A stretch of 17,748 nucleotides of DNA from an uncultured bacterium (GTDB lineage Bacteria; Hydrogenedentota; Hydrogenedentia; Hydrogenedentales; JAEUWI01). The notes beneath the pieces were generated by a model. That model was not told the origin of the DNA and searched no databases. It worked only from the letters and a program-made list of their open reading frames with translations. The stretch is taken from NCBI GenBank assembly GCA_963977445.1, contig CAXBPH010000137.1:1-17748 (forward strand). The letters run 5' to 3'. Shown here piece by piece: positions 16,404-17,748 of this stretch (position 1 is the stretch's first letter; every line of letters starts with the position of its first letter). A program made the position numbers and the translations under genes.

Positions 16404-17572
16404 CAAAGGATCTGGTGGATTTCCGACGGGGTTTTCTATCGAAATCACGGTGTCGGACCGGTCATCCGAGTTTCCGTCGAAGGTGGCCGGCAGGAGACTT
16501 TGGATGGTTACCACATCATCAACATCCACACCTTCTTTGATGTGGACCCGATACACGCGGTCGACCTTGGGGACAAAAACATCGGAGTGCCACGTCGTAT
16601 CGTAGACCTGACCGCTCACTACCCGGGTCCCGGTATTGGCTTCGACGATGGAAATTTCCCGACGAAGGGGATGGGAGGTCTGAAGGTCAATCTGAACGCG
16701 ATTACCCCGAAGATCCAACCAACGGGAGCCCGAAGATTTCCATTGAAACACGGGTAAACTTGTCGTGGCCACGCCAAGGGGTTGGGGGTGCCCGTCATTG
16801 GATTTTACGGAGGCATGGATTGCCGGCCATTCCTGTACTGGATTTAAGACCTCGCCGACGAGGATAGACTCAACGGAATAGATTGTCATGTTGGCAAGAA
16901 GAAGCAGAGCCAGTCCCTGGGTAACCCATAGTCCGGTGCTTTTCAAGGGAGACAACGCGAGGCCCTGTTTCAACAGCAACCATGCAATCAGGCCGGACAG
17001 GAACAGAACCGGCAAGAAAAGTGTGGGAGAAAACCAGGAGAATACGTAGGCCAGGGTGGGGGGGATCACGGCCACACAAACGATACGCCGGGTCGTGCAG
17101 CGCGGCTTTATCCCGAATATCCACAGCAGTATGTTCAAGAGCAGCGGTGCCACCAGGATGGTCAACGTGCCCACGAGCAGACGGGTCATGGTCATTTCGT
17201 GTTGGATGAAGTCTACCAGTGAAGTCGGCGCTTGGTTGGGACCCTGATTGTCGTTGTATATCCGCAGGCCCCCCACAATGACCGCAGCGATTAAAAGGGT
17301 GAATCCAACCCAGAAGAATGGCCCATCCGGTTGGCGTCGCGTGACCTGTCCCTGCTCCTGGGAGCGCTTGGCGATGCCGGGCGTCATATGGCCCTGGGGT
17401 TTGTGATGGAGCAGGATGGACTTGCACTGCCAGCAATTGCTTTGACCGCCGTTATTCTGGGCACCGCACATAGGGCACACATTGCCCTGGCTCAAATCGA
17501 TTCCGCTGTCGCTGTCGGTTAGTCGAAGATCATCGGCGTCATTAATCGGGACTACCGGAGGTTTTTTTTTTT
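16395..17572 (-). CDS. Zinc-ribbon multi-TM membrane protein; probably the C-terminal part of a frameshifted TPR gene
   Basis: CPMC-x10-CWQC ribbon, about 5 TM segments, beta-rich C-terminal domain. The ORF-track N-terminus (17660-17573) looks like out-of-frame translation of the TPR frame. The 3' end overlaps the convergent ligase gene by 9 nt. Confidence 0.75.
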
Positions 17573-17748
17573 GTCCGTGTCCGATACGGCACTGCGCAGA
17601 CGGGAGGCTGCATGTCCGGCCATGGGGTGGTGGGGGTCGAGTTCGAGGGTCTTTTCCCACATGATAGCGGCGTTGCGGTGGTCTCCCGCGATTTCCAATA
17701 CCCGGGCCAATTGCTCATACAGCCCTATTTCATCGGGCCAGATAGCGA
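17552..17748 (-). CDS. Partial TPR-containing reading frame entering from the right edge, ending just after an A11 tract
   Basis: Hand translation from 17746: AIWPDEIGLYEQLARVLEIAGDHRNAAIMWEKTLELDPHHPMAGHAASRLRSAVSDTDKKKNLR*, containing a clear TPR unit. Not listed in the ORF track. Confidence 0.8.
   Translation of the reverse strand, partial: AIWPDEIGLYEQLARVLEIAGDHRNAAIMWEKTLELDPHHPMAGHAASRLRSAVSDTDKKKNLR

Noticed and set aside
17573..17660. GTG 17660 as the start of the zinc-ribbon protein
   Set aside because: The same bases encode a convincing TPR unit in another frame, and the MGKDPRTRPPPPH translation looks spurious.

Overview
GC-rich bacterial chromosomal segment with about 12 genes, mostly on the minus strand, and no rRNA, tRNA, CRISPR array, integrase or transposase. 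Left part (minus strand): CHASE-domain sensor kinase, membrane metallophosphoesterase with altered metal motifs, then a coupled trio of conserved 2-TM protein, YfcE-type phosphoesterase and secreted alpha/beta hydrolase. Centre: a probable flagella-related operon behind a good sigma70-type promoter. It encodes a ~1458-aa bitopic protein, a FlgN/FliT-like helical protein, a PAS histidine kinase and a sigma54-dependent response regulator (FlrB/FlrC- or FleS/FleR-like). The large protein's acidic cytoplasmic half carries about 16 copies of an (L/M)SQxDLDAL(I/L) motif resembling the FliM/CheZ CheY~P-binding peptide, partly as an 87-bp tandem repeat, and its C-terminal half is TPR. Right part: a membrane PAS protein ending in a CxxC/HGICPxC tail, an O-antigen-ligase-family protein, and a convergent TPR/zinc-ribbon membrane gene split by a frameshift in an A11 tract. 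A ~260-bp structured non-coding repeat occurs twice (48-400 and 5924-6184), each directly after a minus-strand stop codon. All calls come from motif reading by eye; no database searches were run.
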